Source: Eledone cirrhosa
Lineage: Eukaryota
Direction: 5' to 3'
NCBI GenBank assembly: GCA_964016885.1
Contig: OZ024757.1
Location: 22,692,001 to 22,756,000, forward strand
Length of the DNA: 64,000 nt
The notes under the pieces are model-generated. The model was not told the DNA's origin, made no database searches, and worked only from the letters and a program-made list of their open reading frames with translations. Both the position numbers and the translations under genes were made by a program. Shown piece by piece: positions 26,911 through 40,769 of this stretch; positions within the stretch are counted from its first letter, which is position 1, and each line of letters opens with the position of its first letter.

Positions 26911-27074
26911 CTTGTCTGATGAGTTTTTTTATTGGATTTTTCCCCTCTCCTGTTTATATTTTCAATAATGATCTGACAATCATCAGTCAGTTATTTTGGC
27001 TGTGTTTGTATTGGAAGTTGATATCTGCTGCTGACACTGAAGTGTGTAGCTTTCTAGCATTGGAGCTACTTGAG

Positions 27075-27130
<56 letters not shown>

Positions 27131-27173
27131 CCACATATATATATATATATATATGAATATATTTATATATGAT

Positions 27174-27508
27174 GGAGACACATGGCTTAGTGGTTAGAGC
27201 ATTGGCCTTGCAATTGAAAGGTTGTGAGTTCAATTATCAGACCGGCTGATGTGTTGCTTCCTTGAGCAAGACACTTTATTTCACATTGCCCCAGTTTACT
27301 CAGCTGTAGAAATGAGATGATAGGGACTGGGGTCCATATCATTCCACTGCAAAGTGGTCGTGGAGGTGCCACGGCAAATAAGCACCCAGCACTCACTGTA
27401 AATGAGGTTGGTGTTAGGAAGGGGATCCAGCTGTAGAAATCAAGCCAGATCAGTTCCCGTCCCACCCTTGCAAGCAGGGAAAAGCGGACGTAAAATGATG
27501 ATGATGAT
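27174..27508 (+). mobile_element. SINE family A, full length
   Basis: Same structure as 22354-22685. Confidence 0.92.
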
Positions 27509-27538
27509 ATGTATATATATGAATATATATATATATAT

Positions 27539-27968
27539 GATATTTTGTTTTAGTCTCATTTATTCTCAGCCCCACACTCATCGACACAGTCTCAACCTCC
27601 CGCATCAAATCCTCTGCCTCCTTCACTGTATTTGTCACCAAAACTATGTCGTCGGCAAATTCAGCATTTTATATCTTTTTCGCCTTAACTCTCCTGCTCT
27701 GAGCCGGTGCTACAGTAAAGCCAGAGTCCTGGTGTTTCTCCAGTGCAAGGCGCATACAATAGTCCACTACGATGATAAAAAGGTAGGGAGCCAATGTATC
27801 TCCCTGGAGCACTCCAGCCAGTATCTCAAAGAACTCTGTCATCCCATCAGGTGTAATGACTTGGGCTTTGGTGTTGGTGTAGAGCAGTGATATCAGGTCC
27901 ACTATCTTCTTGGGGATTCCATAAGCCTGTAAGATCTTCATCAGGCAGTGACGCTCCACAGAATCAAA
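27539..27968 (-). pseudogene. RTE LINE reverse-transcriptase fragment (inverted segment)
   Basis: FDSV..AYGIPKKIV..GVLQGDTLAPYLFIIVVD, then after a frameshift FADDIVLVTNT..GLRINETKTKY. Confidence 0.9.
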
Positions 27969-28511
27969 ATATCTGGTAGAGAATGTTGAGAAGCCAGAGG
28001 GCATCACTAATGTAGGCGGGAAGCCGCTAGTATTAGTTGAGGGCTTCCTGTATTTAGGAGCAAAGAATGGGAATATGGAAGTTGATGTGGTTGAGAGGAA
28101 GTGCAAGGCCTGGGCGGCGTGCCACAGCTTGAGATCGGTATGGAAGTCAGACCTTCGTAAAGACCTGACAATCCGCCTCTTCATTGCTGTAGTGGAGTCT
28201 GTGCTGCTGTAAGGGTCTGAGACTTGGACACTGACCAAGAAACTCACTCAGATGGTGGATGGGTGCTGCACGAGAATGCTGAGGATGGCTCTGAACATTA
28301 ATCAGTATACACTGAGGATGAAAAACTCAGAGCTGTATGGGAGCCTCCCAAAAGTCAGCTCAAAAGTGACACAGAGGAGACTGAGGTTAGCTGGACATGC
28401 TCACCGATATCCAGAGTTGACACTGCACTCAGTGCTCCTGTGGGAGCCCCTACATGGACACACTGGAAGAGGAAGACCAAGGTTAACATATGTTGATGCC
28501 CTAAGGACAGA
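27965..28511 (+). pseudogene. RTE LINE RT C-terminal/downstream fragment (non-inverted segment)
   Basis: KYLVEN..FLYLG..VESVLL*GSETWTLTK..RMLRMALNI..RRLRLAGHA..GRGRPRLTYVDAL. It continues exactly where the inverted piece stops. Confidence 0.9.
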
Positions 28512-28776
28512 TATATATATATGAATATATATATACATATATAGATATATATATATACATATATATATATTAATATATATATATATATGAATATATATTT
28601 TTCCATGCTAGCATGGATCAGAAGATATATATATGTTTGTGTGCCATAGTATTCAAGAAGAAGAAGAAGAAGAAGAAAAAGAAGAAGAAGAAAATGGAGA
28701 AACGAAACAAACAAAAAAAAATAATTAAGAAACAATTTGGAAGAGGTTCAATGAAATGTTTATATTTTGATATCAT

Positions 28777-28837
28777 TGTGTGGGTGTGTGTTTGTGAGTG
28801 AGTGTGTGAGTGAGTGTGTCTGAGTGAGTGTGTCTGA

Positions 28838-28872
<35 letters not shown>

Positions 28873-29246
28873 TGTGTGTGAGTGTGCGTGTGAGTGTGTG
28901 TGCGTGTGTGAGTGTGCGTGTGAGTGTGTGTGCGTGTGTGTGCGTGTGTGAGTGTGTGTGCGTGTGTGAGTGTGTGTGTGTGTGTGTGTGAGTGTGTGCG
29001 TGCGTGAGGGTATGATTGTGTGAGTGCATGAATGTATGTGTGGGTGCGAGTGTGTGTGTGTTTGTGACTGTGTGAGTGCATGAGTGTGTGTGTGTGTGTG
29101 CAAGTGTGTTAGTGTGTGTGTGTGCATGAGTGTGTGAGTACGTGAGTGTGTGTGTGTGTGCAAGTGTGTGAGTGTGTGTGTGTGTGTGTGCATGAGTGTG
29201 TATGTGTGTGTGCAAGTGTGTGAGTGTGTGAGTGTGTGTGTGAGTG
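28777..29246. repeat. Compound (TG)n/(TGAG)n microsatellite
   Basis: Directly visible. Confidence 0.9.
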
Positions 29247-29385
29247 TTTATTTATCTAACAGTATTAGGTGAGGTGTGAGACAGGTCCAATAAGGAGTAA
29301 AGGAGGTGTGGGAACTATTTTAAGGAACTCTGTTGGGAAATGTCATAACTTGTCTCTGTGGCTTCCATTTCTTTTTCTAATAAAT

Positions 29386-29573
29386 AATTGTTTCTACTTT
29401 TGGCACAAGGCCAGCAAATACCCAGTACATTACTGGTACTTTATTTTATCGACCCCGTAAGGATGAAAGGCAAAGTTAACCTCGGCGGGATTTGAACTCA
29501 GACCGCAAAGGGACGTAACTATGCTGGAAAGCATGGCGTCCGACTCTCTACCGATACTGCCAATCCACCGCCC
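29386..29573 (-). mobile_element. SINE family B with target-site duplication
   Basis: Full copy flanked by ctttttctaataaataat direct repeats. Confidence 0.9.
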
Positions 29574-29669
29574 TTTTTCTAATAAATAATAGTCATGTGA
29601 CAGACACCATAGTCATGTGACAGACACCAGAGTTATTTAACTAGGCAATGTATTCTGGAGTAGAAGAGA

Positions 29670-29680
29670 ATATATATATG

Positions 29681-29717
<37 letters not shown>

Positions 29718-29730
29718 GTATATGTATATA

Positions 29731-29807
<77 letters not shown>

Positions 29808-29858
29808 GTATATATGTATGTATATATATATATGTATATATATATATATGTATATATA

Positions 29859-29929
<71 letters not shown>

Positions 29930-29930
29930 G

Positions 29931-29994
<64 letters not shown>

Positions 29995-30093
29995 CGCACA
30001 TATATATATATATGATGATACATATATATATATATATGTATCATCATCATCATCATCATCTTCGTTTAACTGCCATCTTCCACGCTATCATGG

Positions 30094-30187
<94 letters not shown>
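29670..30187. repeat. (TA)n, RTE-tail remnant and (GA)n microsatellites
   Basis: Directly visible. Confidence 0.9.
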
Positions 30188-30189
<2 letters not shown>

Positions 30190-30264
30190 ATATTTGGAGA
30201 ACTGTCTGTGACAGACAGTCTGTATTTTTTCTACCAGATAACAATACTGTTCTTAAGTAGGAGA

Positions 30265-30320
<56 letters not shown>

Positions 30321-30776
30321 ACATATATGTAATTATCTGATTAAAGAAAATAGGCAATAATCGAAGAGTCGTCTCCATCAACGCAATAATTACTGCCCCC
30401 CTCCCTCCACCACAATAACAATAATGTTTATCCTTTGATGTAGAATTTCATGTAAAACATTGCAAGTGTAAATGGAATTTATCATCATCATTGAAGATCA
30501 TGTGAGTACACAGATGAAGCTCCAGAACGACTAAACTCACCACTTTATCATAATAAAGAATAAACACATACACATATAATAATTATTACCAAGACCAAAA
30601 ATCAAAGGAGGGCTCGAAATGGATTGTATGTATAAAAAAAGTATATATAAACCAATAGAGCAAACTAATGCCAATAAAAAGAAACACACACACAATAAAA
30701 GAGAACAAATAGTCATTCAGAAGTTCGCAAAATGTGTGACAAAAGAACTTTGATGAACAAATGAACATATATATAT

Positions 30777-30844
<68 letters not shown>

Positions 30845-30904
30845 ATGTCCGCTTTTCCCTGCTTGCAAGGGTGGGACGGGAACTGATGCTGGCTTGATTT
30901 CTAC

Positions 30905-31457
30905 ATGCCACCTCACTTCTTCCCTGAGGGCCTCAAGCTGAACACCGATGGCTACATCCGCATTCTGAGCGAGGTAGTAAAGCCCTGGATCGACCAGGTA
31001 GCTGCAGGTCGGCAGTATGTGTGGCAGCAAGACTCAGCGCTCTGCCATACCAGCCGAAAGACCCAAGCCTGGCTGTCAGAGAACTTCATCGACCACAACT
31101 CACCTGACATCTGGCCTCCCAGCTTGCTTGACTACAACCCCCTCGACTTCTTTGTGTGGGGCGCAGTGGAACGAGACACCAATAGATTTAGCTGCAATAT
31201 TAAAGACGATCTGAAGGCCAGGATCACAAGTGCCTTTAGAGGCCTAAGTCGGAGGACAGCGACGAAGGCCTGTAGCCGGTACCGAGGCGGCCTTGAGGCT
31301 GTCATCAAAGCCAATGGCGGGTTTATCGAGTGAGATCGAAAGAACAAGTCATGAAGACAAACTGACCCAAGTTTGATAAATAAATCTTAAAAAATAAAAC
31401 TACTGTGTTATTTTTTCCTAGACAGTAATCTTGCGAACAAATATCGTCTGCACCCTG
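30905..31457 (+). mobile_element. Tc1/mariner DD37D (maT-type) transposon, 3' half: transposase C-terminus and right TIR
   Basis: YVWQQDSA..WPPSLLDYNPLDFFVWG has 37 residues between the second and third D. The ORF ends GGFIE* at 31333 and the terminus is ...caccctg|TA. The 5' part is lost at a SINE A tail fragment (30811-30904). Confidence 0.88.
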
Positions 31458-31527
31458 TATATATATATATACACACATATGCATATATAGAATATATATA
31501 TATATACACACATATGCATATATAGAA

Positions 31528-31558
<31 letters not shown>

Positions 31559-31560
31559 TT

Positions 31561-31880
31561 CATCATTTTACGTCCGCTTTTCCCTGCTTGCAAGGATGGG
31601 ACGGCAACTGATTCTGGCTTGATTTCTACAGCTGGATGCCCTTCCTAACACCAACCTCATTTACAGTGAGTGCTGGGTGCTTTTTTGCCATGACACCTCC
31701 ATTACTACTTTGCAGTGGAATGATAGGGACCCCAGTCCCTATCATCTCATTTCTACAGCTGAGTAAACTGGAGCAATGTGAAATAAAGTGTCTTGCTCAA
31801 GGAAACAACACATCACCCGGTCTGATAATTGAACTCACAACCTTTCGATTGCAAGGCCAATGCTCTAACCACTAAGCCAT
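31561..31880 (-). mobile_element. SINE family A
   Basis: Same as the other copies. Confidence 0.92.
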
Positions 31881-31954
31881 ATATATATATATATATATAT
31901 ACATATGCACATATAGAATATATATATATATATATACACACATATGCACATATA

Positions 31955-32029
<75 letters not shown>

Positions 32030-32041
32030 TATGCACATATA

Positions 32042-32084
<43 letters not shown>

Positions 32085-32317
32085 GGTTTTGGAAAATCTG
32101 TTGTCATATATTTTCATTGTTTGAAAGGTTTATAAATATTTATTTATTAAACAATTGGTTGTCAATAATATCCTCTATGTTTTATAATTCATAACAACTG
32201 TCATTTGTTTCTGTTTTGTTTGATTTTTACACCTCAAAATCATTAATATTAATGAACAAGAGGGTCAACTTAGTAACTGAATGTCATTTAAAAAATATGG
32301 CTGTCTGTGTAGTTATA

Positions 32318-32734
32318 TGAGGGTCAGATGAAAAGTTAATAGGCTGACTATGAAGGAGTGATGCTAGAGCTGTGAAATCTTGCATGCATTAATTTCAACT
32401 CTTCTTATTAATTGTTTCTACTTTTGGCACAAGGCCAGCAATTACCCAGTACATTACTGGTACTTTATTTTATCGACCCCCGTAAGGATGAAAGGCAAAG
32501 TTGACCTCGGCGGGATTTGAACTCAGAATGGCAAGGACCGTAACTCTATGCGTCAAAGCATGATGTCCGACCCTCTACCGATTCTGCCAATCCATTGCCA
32601 CTCTTCTTATTAATAACTGCATTGTTTCTTTCCAGGGACTATGTTGAAAAATAAACCTCATTTGGTCATTCCATGAGAGTATCTTTGGTCAGCCTATGAA
32701 GTTTTCAGCCTATGATCTTTTCAGCCTACCCTTG
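32318..32734. mobile_element. Mariner-type MITE interrupted by SINE B (32413-32599)
   Basis: TIR tgagggt..tgaaaagtt.ataggctgac / gtcagcctatgaa.ttttcagcc..accc. The SINE is flanked by a 15-bp TSD actcttcttattaat (32398-32412 and 32600-32614). Confidence 0.8.
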
Positions 32735-32948
32735 TCTTTTGCCAGTTGTGAAGGTTTAGGGGTTAATGGTAAAGGTGTTTGACTCAATGTCATAAGACAA
32801 TGAGTTCAATTTCTGGTGGTGCATTGCATCCTTGAGTAAGACACTTTATTTCACATTGCTCTAAGAAACTGGGGAAGGTTTTCGCTAATATGCTGCAAAA
32901 TCCCTTCAACCCCACCAAAATATGTTGTGTACATGTTGTATAGTAGAG

Positions 32949-33117
32949 CAGGCATTACAAACATGCAGCCCTTTACAAGCACACCTGCAGCCCGCATAAA
33001 GGTTTTTACAGCGCGAGCATGTTTTATCTTTGTAAAATTAGTTGTCATGTGTGGCCCTCAGACAACAGATATGTGACCCATGTGGCCCTCAGGGTGACCC
33101 TCAGTTTTACATGCCTG
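32949..33117. mobile_element. hAT (Charlie-like) MITE with 8-bp TSD
   Basis: caggcat ... atgcctg termini. The perfect TSD tagtagag is at 32941-32948 and 33118-33125. Confidence 0.85.
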
Positions 33118-33739
33118 TAGTAGAGAACACTTTACAAAATCATATCAATAATATCTTGTTGATTGATTAATTGAAATTTCACACTCCATATATACTATTG
33201 TATTTTCACAGTAAAGGCTTTACCTCGCATAATATCGAATCTACAAGATTTTGATATTATTTATTTTGAGAACAATACCTTAACATCAGTATGAGTGGCC
33301 GGTTACAGTTAGTTTGAACAGAAAGGGCTGAGAGTATTCTGGCTGGATATGGCCAGTTTCTCCTTCACTACACCCAAGCTCTGCCTTTCTCACACATTTA
33401 CACTGTACATTCCTTCAGATTCCTCTTAGACCCAGTTTCTCTCCCAGTTCAACCAAGCTCTGCCTTTCTCACACATTTACACTGCATATTGAGAACGATA
33501 CCTTAACATAAGTATGAGTAGCAAGTTTCAGCTAGTTTAAACAGAAAGAGGTGAGAGAATTGTGGTTGGATACAGCTGGTTTAAATGCTAAAGGGTTAAA
33601 TACAAATACTTTAATATGAGCAATCTCTGATAGGCCGGTATTAATTCTTACCATCTTGAAAGGATTTGGCATAAAATATTTGATAATAGGTTTGTGAATT
33701 CATATGTTTATAGTATTGTAGTGACCTATATTCTGATGG

Positions 33740-33985
33740 CTCTTGAATACATTCTCCGTACGTAGTTTGGCTCAGTTCAGCCAATCGCTACCAGCGTAGG
33801 GATATGTATTTCAACTTCTGCCGAAAGGGAAAAATTCCCACTTCTCTTCGCATCTCATCACCAGAAGGTAAACAACTCTTGATTTTGCTCCTCAGACATT
33901 CCAAAATGTAACTACTGGAATTCATCCGCACCGTGGCTTCTAACTTCAGCCACCGGTCTGCGTATTCTTTTACAGCATCTTAATT
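33740..33985 (-). pseudogene. Highly degenerate LINE (RTE-like) C-terminal remnant
   Basis: The minus frame GDEMRREVGIFPFRQKLKYISLRW resembles the RTE 'EIRRELG..RLRW' region. Confidence 0.4.
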
Positions 33986-34052
33986 TGTTTTGTTTCATTT
34001 CTTATGACATGTCCTCACAGCTAACTCAACTTCTCATCTTTGTAAATAAATT

Positions 34053-34618
34053 ATCATCATCATCATCATCATCATCATCAACGTTTAACGTCCGTGTTCC
34101 ACGCTTGCATGGGTTTGGACGGGGGTAGTCCCACTTGAGGCAAGAGTGGTTGTCTTGCTCGCATAGGACTGTCTGGCAGGTTTTCTACAGTTGGATGCCC
34201 TTCCTAACATCAACCACATTTACAGTGTGGGGCTGGGAGGTTTTTACCGTGTTGCCTACACGGCCACATTACAGCGTGGACTGTGTGTTTTTTTGTCGTG
34301 ACACCTACACGATCTCATTTGTTTCGGCCTGGATGGCGCGGCACCAACATAACTTTACATAGAACGGGGTGGTGTGGATGGGGTGGTGGGACGGGGTGTA
34401 TTTTGTTAGAGATGCCTACTGGCTGTAGTAGGTTTTACTATGTATTTAGGTAAGGCGGGTCTTCTCTGTTACTGAGTACCGCCAAAGGTCTCGGTCCAGT
34501 GACATTGTCTTGGAGAGGTGTAAGTGTGCGAGGTCGGAGTTTATCAGCTCGTCCCAGGTTTTTCTAGGTCTGTCTATTCCGTGGCTACCGTCTATCTTTA
34601 TTGCCCTGCACTTTGTTA
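34053..34618 (-). mobile_element. RTE LINE 3' end with ~390-bp 3' UTR (family C)
   Basis: KCRAIKIDG..RPRKTWDELINSDL..DRDLWR*, then a UTR ending cccatgcaagcgtggaacacggacgttaaacg(tga)n. Further copies at 36610-36842, 60972-61303 and 61463-61911. Confidence 0.88.
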
Positions 34619-35743
34619 TATTATATATAAAAAAATGTTGTAATGCCTTATGATGATATTTGCCGCAATATTCCTTTGGACTGCTTCTTCGGTTACTCTC
34701 TGTGATACAATACGCAAACAAATATTAACATTCATAACAGCACATCTATATCCATATCTCTCTCTCTCTCTCTCTCATATTAACTCTCAACTAATCATCT
34801 AGCAACTAAAATACTCATTCTAACTTGGTGAACACCAACCAACCAACTAACCTCTTCTAAAGTATCTTTATTTATTGTCTGATACTCCATCAATATTGCC
34901 AATCCACTGCCTTCTAATAATTACAATTCTTCATCCTAGAAATTCAGACAAAATTTATGAAAGCAATTTAGGTTCTTGCAGAGAAAGGAGGAATAATAGT
35001 TATGATGATTTGCTGCACATGGTAGCTCAATAGTAAAATATAGTGAGCTGAAATGACATTAGATGAAAAGACACGAGAAAAACGGTGAAAAAATTGTTGT
35101 GTTTTCCAATGTGTAACAAGCAGGAAATAAAGATACTGAAATATCACATAATTTTTCCAGAGTGAATAAATGGATAGGACATTGGAAATTGTCGGAATTT
35201 TCGATACAATTATCAGTAGACACAGGAGAAATGTTAAACCCAATGTTCAATACACAACATAATCTAAAAAAAAAAACAAAAAAAAAACAAAAAACATTCC
35301 TGAGCTATCTCATAATTCTACCATGTCAAGAAAGGACCAACAAGGACTAATAAGAGATAGCAGAACAACAACAACAACAATATGTAGATACAGCCTTTCA
35401 TAAAATCTTGTTTTCATTCATATCTAACTTAATTATTTTGCGGCTTTTTTTTCTTCAAGTTCTCCTATATGTTTCCACCTTTTCAATCATACTAAAATAA
35501 AACGAAAATAATTGAATTTGCTGCAAATTGATGACATTGATATTTGACAGTAAAACAACTCAGAGATTCAGATTATGTGATTGAAATATTTTCTAAAACA
35601 GTCTTGTATTTCACAAAGATTCATAAAACAAGTGTTAGATGGAAGAAAGGAAATCGAAGAAATAAGTGACTTGGTTGGGTATTGAGTGCATTTGTTTGAT
35701 GTTATGGTTGGATGGGTTCACCCTTTTTAAGATAATAAATATA

Positions 35744-36497
35744 CAACCACAATCACAACCACCACCACAATCACAATCACAACCACCACCACCACAACCA
35801 CAGCCACAATCACAAACACAACCACCACCACCACAACCACAGCCACAAACACAACCACAATCACAACCACCACCACCACAGCCACAACCTCAACCACCAC
35901 CACAAACACAACCTCAACCACAACCACCACCACCACAGCCACAACCTCAGCCACAACCACAGTTACAACCACAGCCACAACCAGTTACAACCACAGTTAC
36001 AACCACAGCCACAACCACCACCACCAACCACAGCCACAACCAGTTACAACCACAGTTACAACCACAGCCACAACCACAGTTACAACCACAGCCATAACCA
36101 CCACCACAACCACAGCCACAACCACAGTTACAACCACAGCCATAACCACCACCACAACCACAGCCACAACCTCAACCACAACCACCACCCCCACCACCAA
36201 CCACAACCACAATCACAACCACCACCAACCACAATCACAACCACAATCACAACTACAACCACCACCAACTACAACTTCAACCACAAACACAGCCACAACC
36301 ACAACCACAACCAACCACAACCACAACCACCACCAACCACAACCACAACCAACCACAACCACAACCACCACCAACCACAACCACAGCCACAACCACAACC
36401 ACAACCAACCACAACCACAACCACCACCAACCACAACCACAACCACAACCACAACCCCAACCAGAACCCCAACCCCAACCCCAACCACAACCAAACC
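35744..36497. repeat. Imperfect (ACC/ACA)n satellite
   Basis: Directly visible. Confidence 0.9.
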
Positions 36498-36609
36498 GTG
36501 ATTCTAGATAGCAAGCATATGCATATATATATGTATATATGTATATATATGTATATATATATATGTATATATATATATGTATATATATGTATGTATATAT
36601 ATGTATGTA

Positions 36610-36843
36610 AAAACACACAGTCCACGCTGTAATGTGGCCGTGTAGGCAACACGGTAAAAACCTCCCAGACCCACACTGTAAATGTGGTTGGTGTTAGGAA
36701 GGGCATCCAACTGTAGAAAACCTGCCAGACAGTCCTATGCGAGCAAGACAATCACTCTTGCCTCAAGTGGGACTACCCCCGTCCAAACCCATGCAAGCGT
36801 GGAACACGGACGTTAAACGTTGATGATGATGATGATGATGATG
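36610..36843 (+). mobile_element. RTE family C 3' UTR fragment
   Basis: Reverse complement of 34053-34290. Confidence 0.88.
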
Positions 36844-37026
36844 CAACAGATCAGCTTCTTATCTAAGGGACCATAACTTTTACCTGTTTAATGTTGCCAA
36901 CCCTAGATACATGCAATCCAGTTCAGTTCTATGAACTTGTCGGACATTAGAATTAAAATATCAAAGAAAGAAAACTATAACTATCTGACAGAAAAAGAAA
37001 ATGAAAACCCCACATAAATATAGCAA

Positions 37027-37443
37027 TAATTGTTTCTACTTTAGGCACAAGGCCAGCAATTACCCAGTACATTACTGGTACTTTATTTTATCGACCCCGT
37101 AAGGATGAAAGGCAAAGTTAACCTCGGCGGGATTTGAACTCAAAAATAATTGTTTCTACTTTCTGGCACAAGGCCAGCAATTATCCCAGTGCATTACTGG
37201 TACTTTATTTTATCGACCCCCGTAAGGATGAAAGGCAAAGTTAACCTCAGCGGGATTTGAACTCAGACCGTAAAGGGACGTAACTATGCTGGAAAACATG
37301 GCATCCGATCCTCTACTGATACTGCCAATTCACCGCCCTTATAATAATAATAATAATAATAATTGTTTCTACGTTAGGCACAAGGCCAGCAATTACCCAG
37401 TGCATTACTGGTACTTTATTTTATCGACCCCGTAAGGATGAAA
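37027..37443 (-). mobile_element. Three adjacent SINE B copies (one full, two partial)
   Basis: Repeated aattgtttctac..ggcacaaggccagcaatt. Confidence 0.88.
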
Positions 37444-38165
37444 TAATAATAATAACAATAATAAAATAGAAGATTATTACTTCTACTGAGATACCTTTGA
37501 AAAGCTATTCTTACACTCTATCTTCAGTGAAATGTTTTCTAGTATTGCTTGTTTCTTTTTTCCATCTTATTTTCTTTGTATTTTTTTGTATTTTTTGTTG
37601 TTGTTTTTTTGTATTAAAAAAAAATATATATTTCCCCTTTTTTGTTATCTTTCTGCTCATTTCTATTTTATGTCAGTTCATTTCACCAAAGCTAAAAAGA
37701 TTTATTTGGATCAATTTTCAGAAAGGTTTTTGTGAGCAAGTAATTTTATATATATTTTGTTTTTAGTATTATTTTCGATATTTGCAATTTAAATTCTAAA
37801 TATTTTATCAACCCAGTGCTGGACTCACCTATAAACTAAATAAGTTATAGCATAAAGCCACACATCCTTAGGGGCCACATTTAAAAAAAATATATATTTT
37901 CATTTCGTTATTAGTTTTTATTCTTTAACACTAAATCATAAAAAAATAGGGACTCAAATTTCATATAGCTTAGGGTTTAGATATATCTCAGTGCAGGAAA
38001 ACCTTCTTATTTCATGATGAAACCTCCTGGGTTGAAAGATTCATCACCGATGTTCTAAAATAGAGTCTTATAAAAAAAAAAAAGACAAAAAAGTGGATAA
38101 TTTGATTGTGTATATATATGTATGTGTGTCTATGTTGAGCTTGTGTGTGCGTGTGTATATACATA

Positions 38166-38388
38166 TCATCATCATCATCATCATTTCATTTTACGTCCGC
38201 TTTTCCCTGCTTGCAAGGGTGGGACGGGAACTGATTCTGGCTTGATTTCTACAGCTGGATGCCCTTCCTAACACCAACCTCATTTACAGTGACTGCTGGG
38301 TGCTTTTTTGCCATGGCACCTCCACGACCACTTTGCAGTGGAATGATAGGGACCCCAGTCCCTATCATCTCATTTCTACAGCTGAGTA
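38166..38388 (-). mobile_element. 5'-truncated SINE family A
   Basis: Tail and body only. Confidence 0.88.
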
Positions 38389-39666
38389 TATATATATATT
38401 ATTTTAATGCTTGAAATATTAGCAAAAAATATATTGTTTGACTGTCTTTTTTTCACAGATTCCATCTACCAAACTCCATTTAACTGACAAGTCCTTGGTG
38501 AATCCAAGGCTACAGAAGAAGTCACATATTTTAAAGTGTTATTTGCTGAGATTGAACCCAGAGACACCCTGTTGCGAATTAAGCATCTTAACCATGTAGC
38601 TATGGACTGCCACATGTTGCTAACATTCTACATGGCTTTTTATAATAGTTTCTGCAGTTGTTAAGCATTCCTCTGTTGCCGTTGACTATTTCTCCTTCTA
38701 GTAATATATTCAAAAGCCAGACAAAAATAATGAGGAAAGCTGCGTGAAAAGTTGGAGGCCGATGGGAATACAGAAAAAGTTTCCTCATCCGTTGTGAGGA
38801 AGAAAAGAAGGCAAAAGATAATGTTAGTTGCCTATTAGAAATCTCCATGTTTACCTACCTACCTATTTACCTTTCATGAATTTGACCTAGTTATTAGGTG
38901 AGAAAGTAATTTGTTGCCACTACACATGGTTGTTTAACATCAGTGGCTGTTTAAGGAACAGAAATGATCTGCTTCATACTCAGCCGTTGCACCGATTAAA
39001 TTTGCTGCCGGTAAATCGATTAGAAATGCATGCATGAACTCTTCAATAGAAATATATGAGAGTGTTGCCTTGGTGCTTTGCTGGTGTTTATTAGATAGAA
39101 TTGTTTCTCAAGCTACTAAAGGGCAGACGCACACTGCTCTCTTCTCCTGTATGAATTCATTTAATTTTTTATTAATTGAGGTTTAGAGAATTCTCTCCCT
39201 TGCCCTCCTTTGAGGAAAATTTCCATTAGCCCCAATGAACTTTCTTCACATTGCAGTTATATTTTAATTGAAAACAGACCTGTTATATAGTAAAATAAGG
39301 AAACATCCACAATTGCTATAAATACATACATGCACACATACATATATATAGAGGTATAAGGTATATATAATAAAAAATGACAAACACAGAGATACAAAAA
39401 CAATTAGTCTTATTAATTTCAAACTTTGGATGAAAGAGAGAAAAAATAATTGACGTATCAGATCTTAATCCAGGAAAATACAATATTATCATCACCATTG
39501 TTGTTTTAACATCCATTTTCCCAGCTAGCGAGGATTGAATGGTTCCACACACCAAATCAGTACCGATGTGGGACCACTAATCTCTTAGGCAGGCCAGGGA
39601 TCTGTATCTCTATGTGCAGTCTCATTGACATAACTGAAGGGTCCTACTGACCTTTTGTCTGAGTAC

Positions 39667-40116
39667 ATCATCATCATCTTTTTACATCCGCTTTTCCCTG
39701 CTTGCAAGGGTTGGACGGGTCCTATTCAGCACAGCATCTCTCCACTTGTCACGATCCTTCGTCATTTCCTCGGTGAGTTTCAGCGATCTGAGGTCTGCTC
39801 TCACCACCTCCGCCCATGTTTTTCGTGGTCTACCTTTACTACATCTTCCCTCCATTGGGACTTCCTGGCACTTCTTCACCCATCGGACATCCTCCATGCG
39901 CATCACATGTCCATACCATCTCAGCCTTCTCTCCTGCACACCACAAGTTATCCCTCTTATACCCAGTTTCTTTCTCAACTCGTCTATGCTTGGTCGTTCA
40001 CACACATTGACATTGCTCATCGAATGGCGCATGCTTGCTTCATTTCTCTCCAGCCATCGCATATCTTCTGCAGTTGCTGCCCATGTCTCATACCATGCAG
40101 TATCGCGCATCTCACA
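39667..40116 (-). pseudogene. RTE LINE 3' fragment; likely partner of SINE A
   Basis: ETWA..LERNEASM..ELRKKLGI..RRLRWYGHVMRM..GRPRKTW..DRDKWR. The terminus cccttgcaagcagggaaaagcggatgtaaaaagatgatg matches the SINE A tail. Confidence 0.9.
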
Positions 40117-40345
40117 CATATATCACATACATTAATTCTTTTGTTTAACCTGTTTAGCCTGCTTCGTTTTTTTGGCTCCGGTGGCTGATAGCTTCATGAC
40201 CGCCGTTTTCAGTTTGTTTGGCCTCTATTTACCTATGTTAATTGCTCTGGTCTTCTTTTAGTCCATTGAGCGCTTGCCACATATCTCGAAAATTGTGTTT
40301 CGCTTTGTTTTTGACCACAGCCGAAATACGATCTCGCTGAAATTA

Positions 40346-40396
<51 letters not shown>

Positions 40397-40428
40397 AGAT
40401 CAAAAGATGGTTAAAGGAGTTCCATGTA

Positions 40429-40495
40429 TTTTATTATGCGCATTTCAAAAACAAACATCATCATGCAATAATATTTGTGTTTTCATCAGATAAAA
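40429..40495 (-). ncRNA. Type I hammerhead motif (same family as the 59075-59410 palindrome)
   Basis: Minus strand: ttttat-CTGATGA-aaacacaaatattattgcatgatgatgtttgttttt-GAAA-tgcgca-TA-ataaaa. Confidence 0.8.
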
Positions 40496-40769
40496 CAGGA
40501 GAACATGATATGAAGGCTAAAAAACACTTGTGGATAGTGCAGTTTTAAATCAACATATGAAAAGTAGTTTTAGATTGATGTGTGATATTGGGAAAAATAT
40601 TTTATTTAGAGAGGGGGGGGGGGAAAGGATTTATAGACATTCGTCTCATTCTGACGTCATGTCTCTCCATGTGTGTTTATTTTCATAATTCCGCACGAGG
40701 TGAACTAGCCTGCTTTTAAATTCCCTTTTTGGCATATTTTGGAAGTGGTACTTTTGGTTATCGCGTAGA

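Noticed and set aside
25529-26919. Ala/Thr-rich ORF reminiscent of antifreeze glycoprotein (TAA)n or mucin
   Set aside because: It is a translation of an imperfect (GCA)n satellite, with a frameshift at ~26200, a start inside a (CA/TA) microsatellite, and no signal peptide or splice evidence.
35666-36494. Pro/Gln-rich and Val/Gly/Cys-rich ORFs
   Set aside because: They are readings of a low-complexity (ACC/ACA)n satellite.
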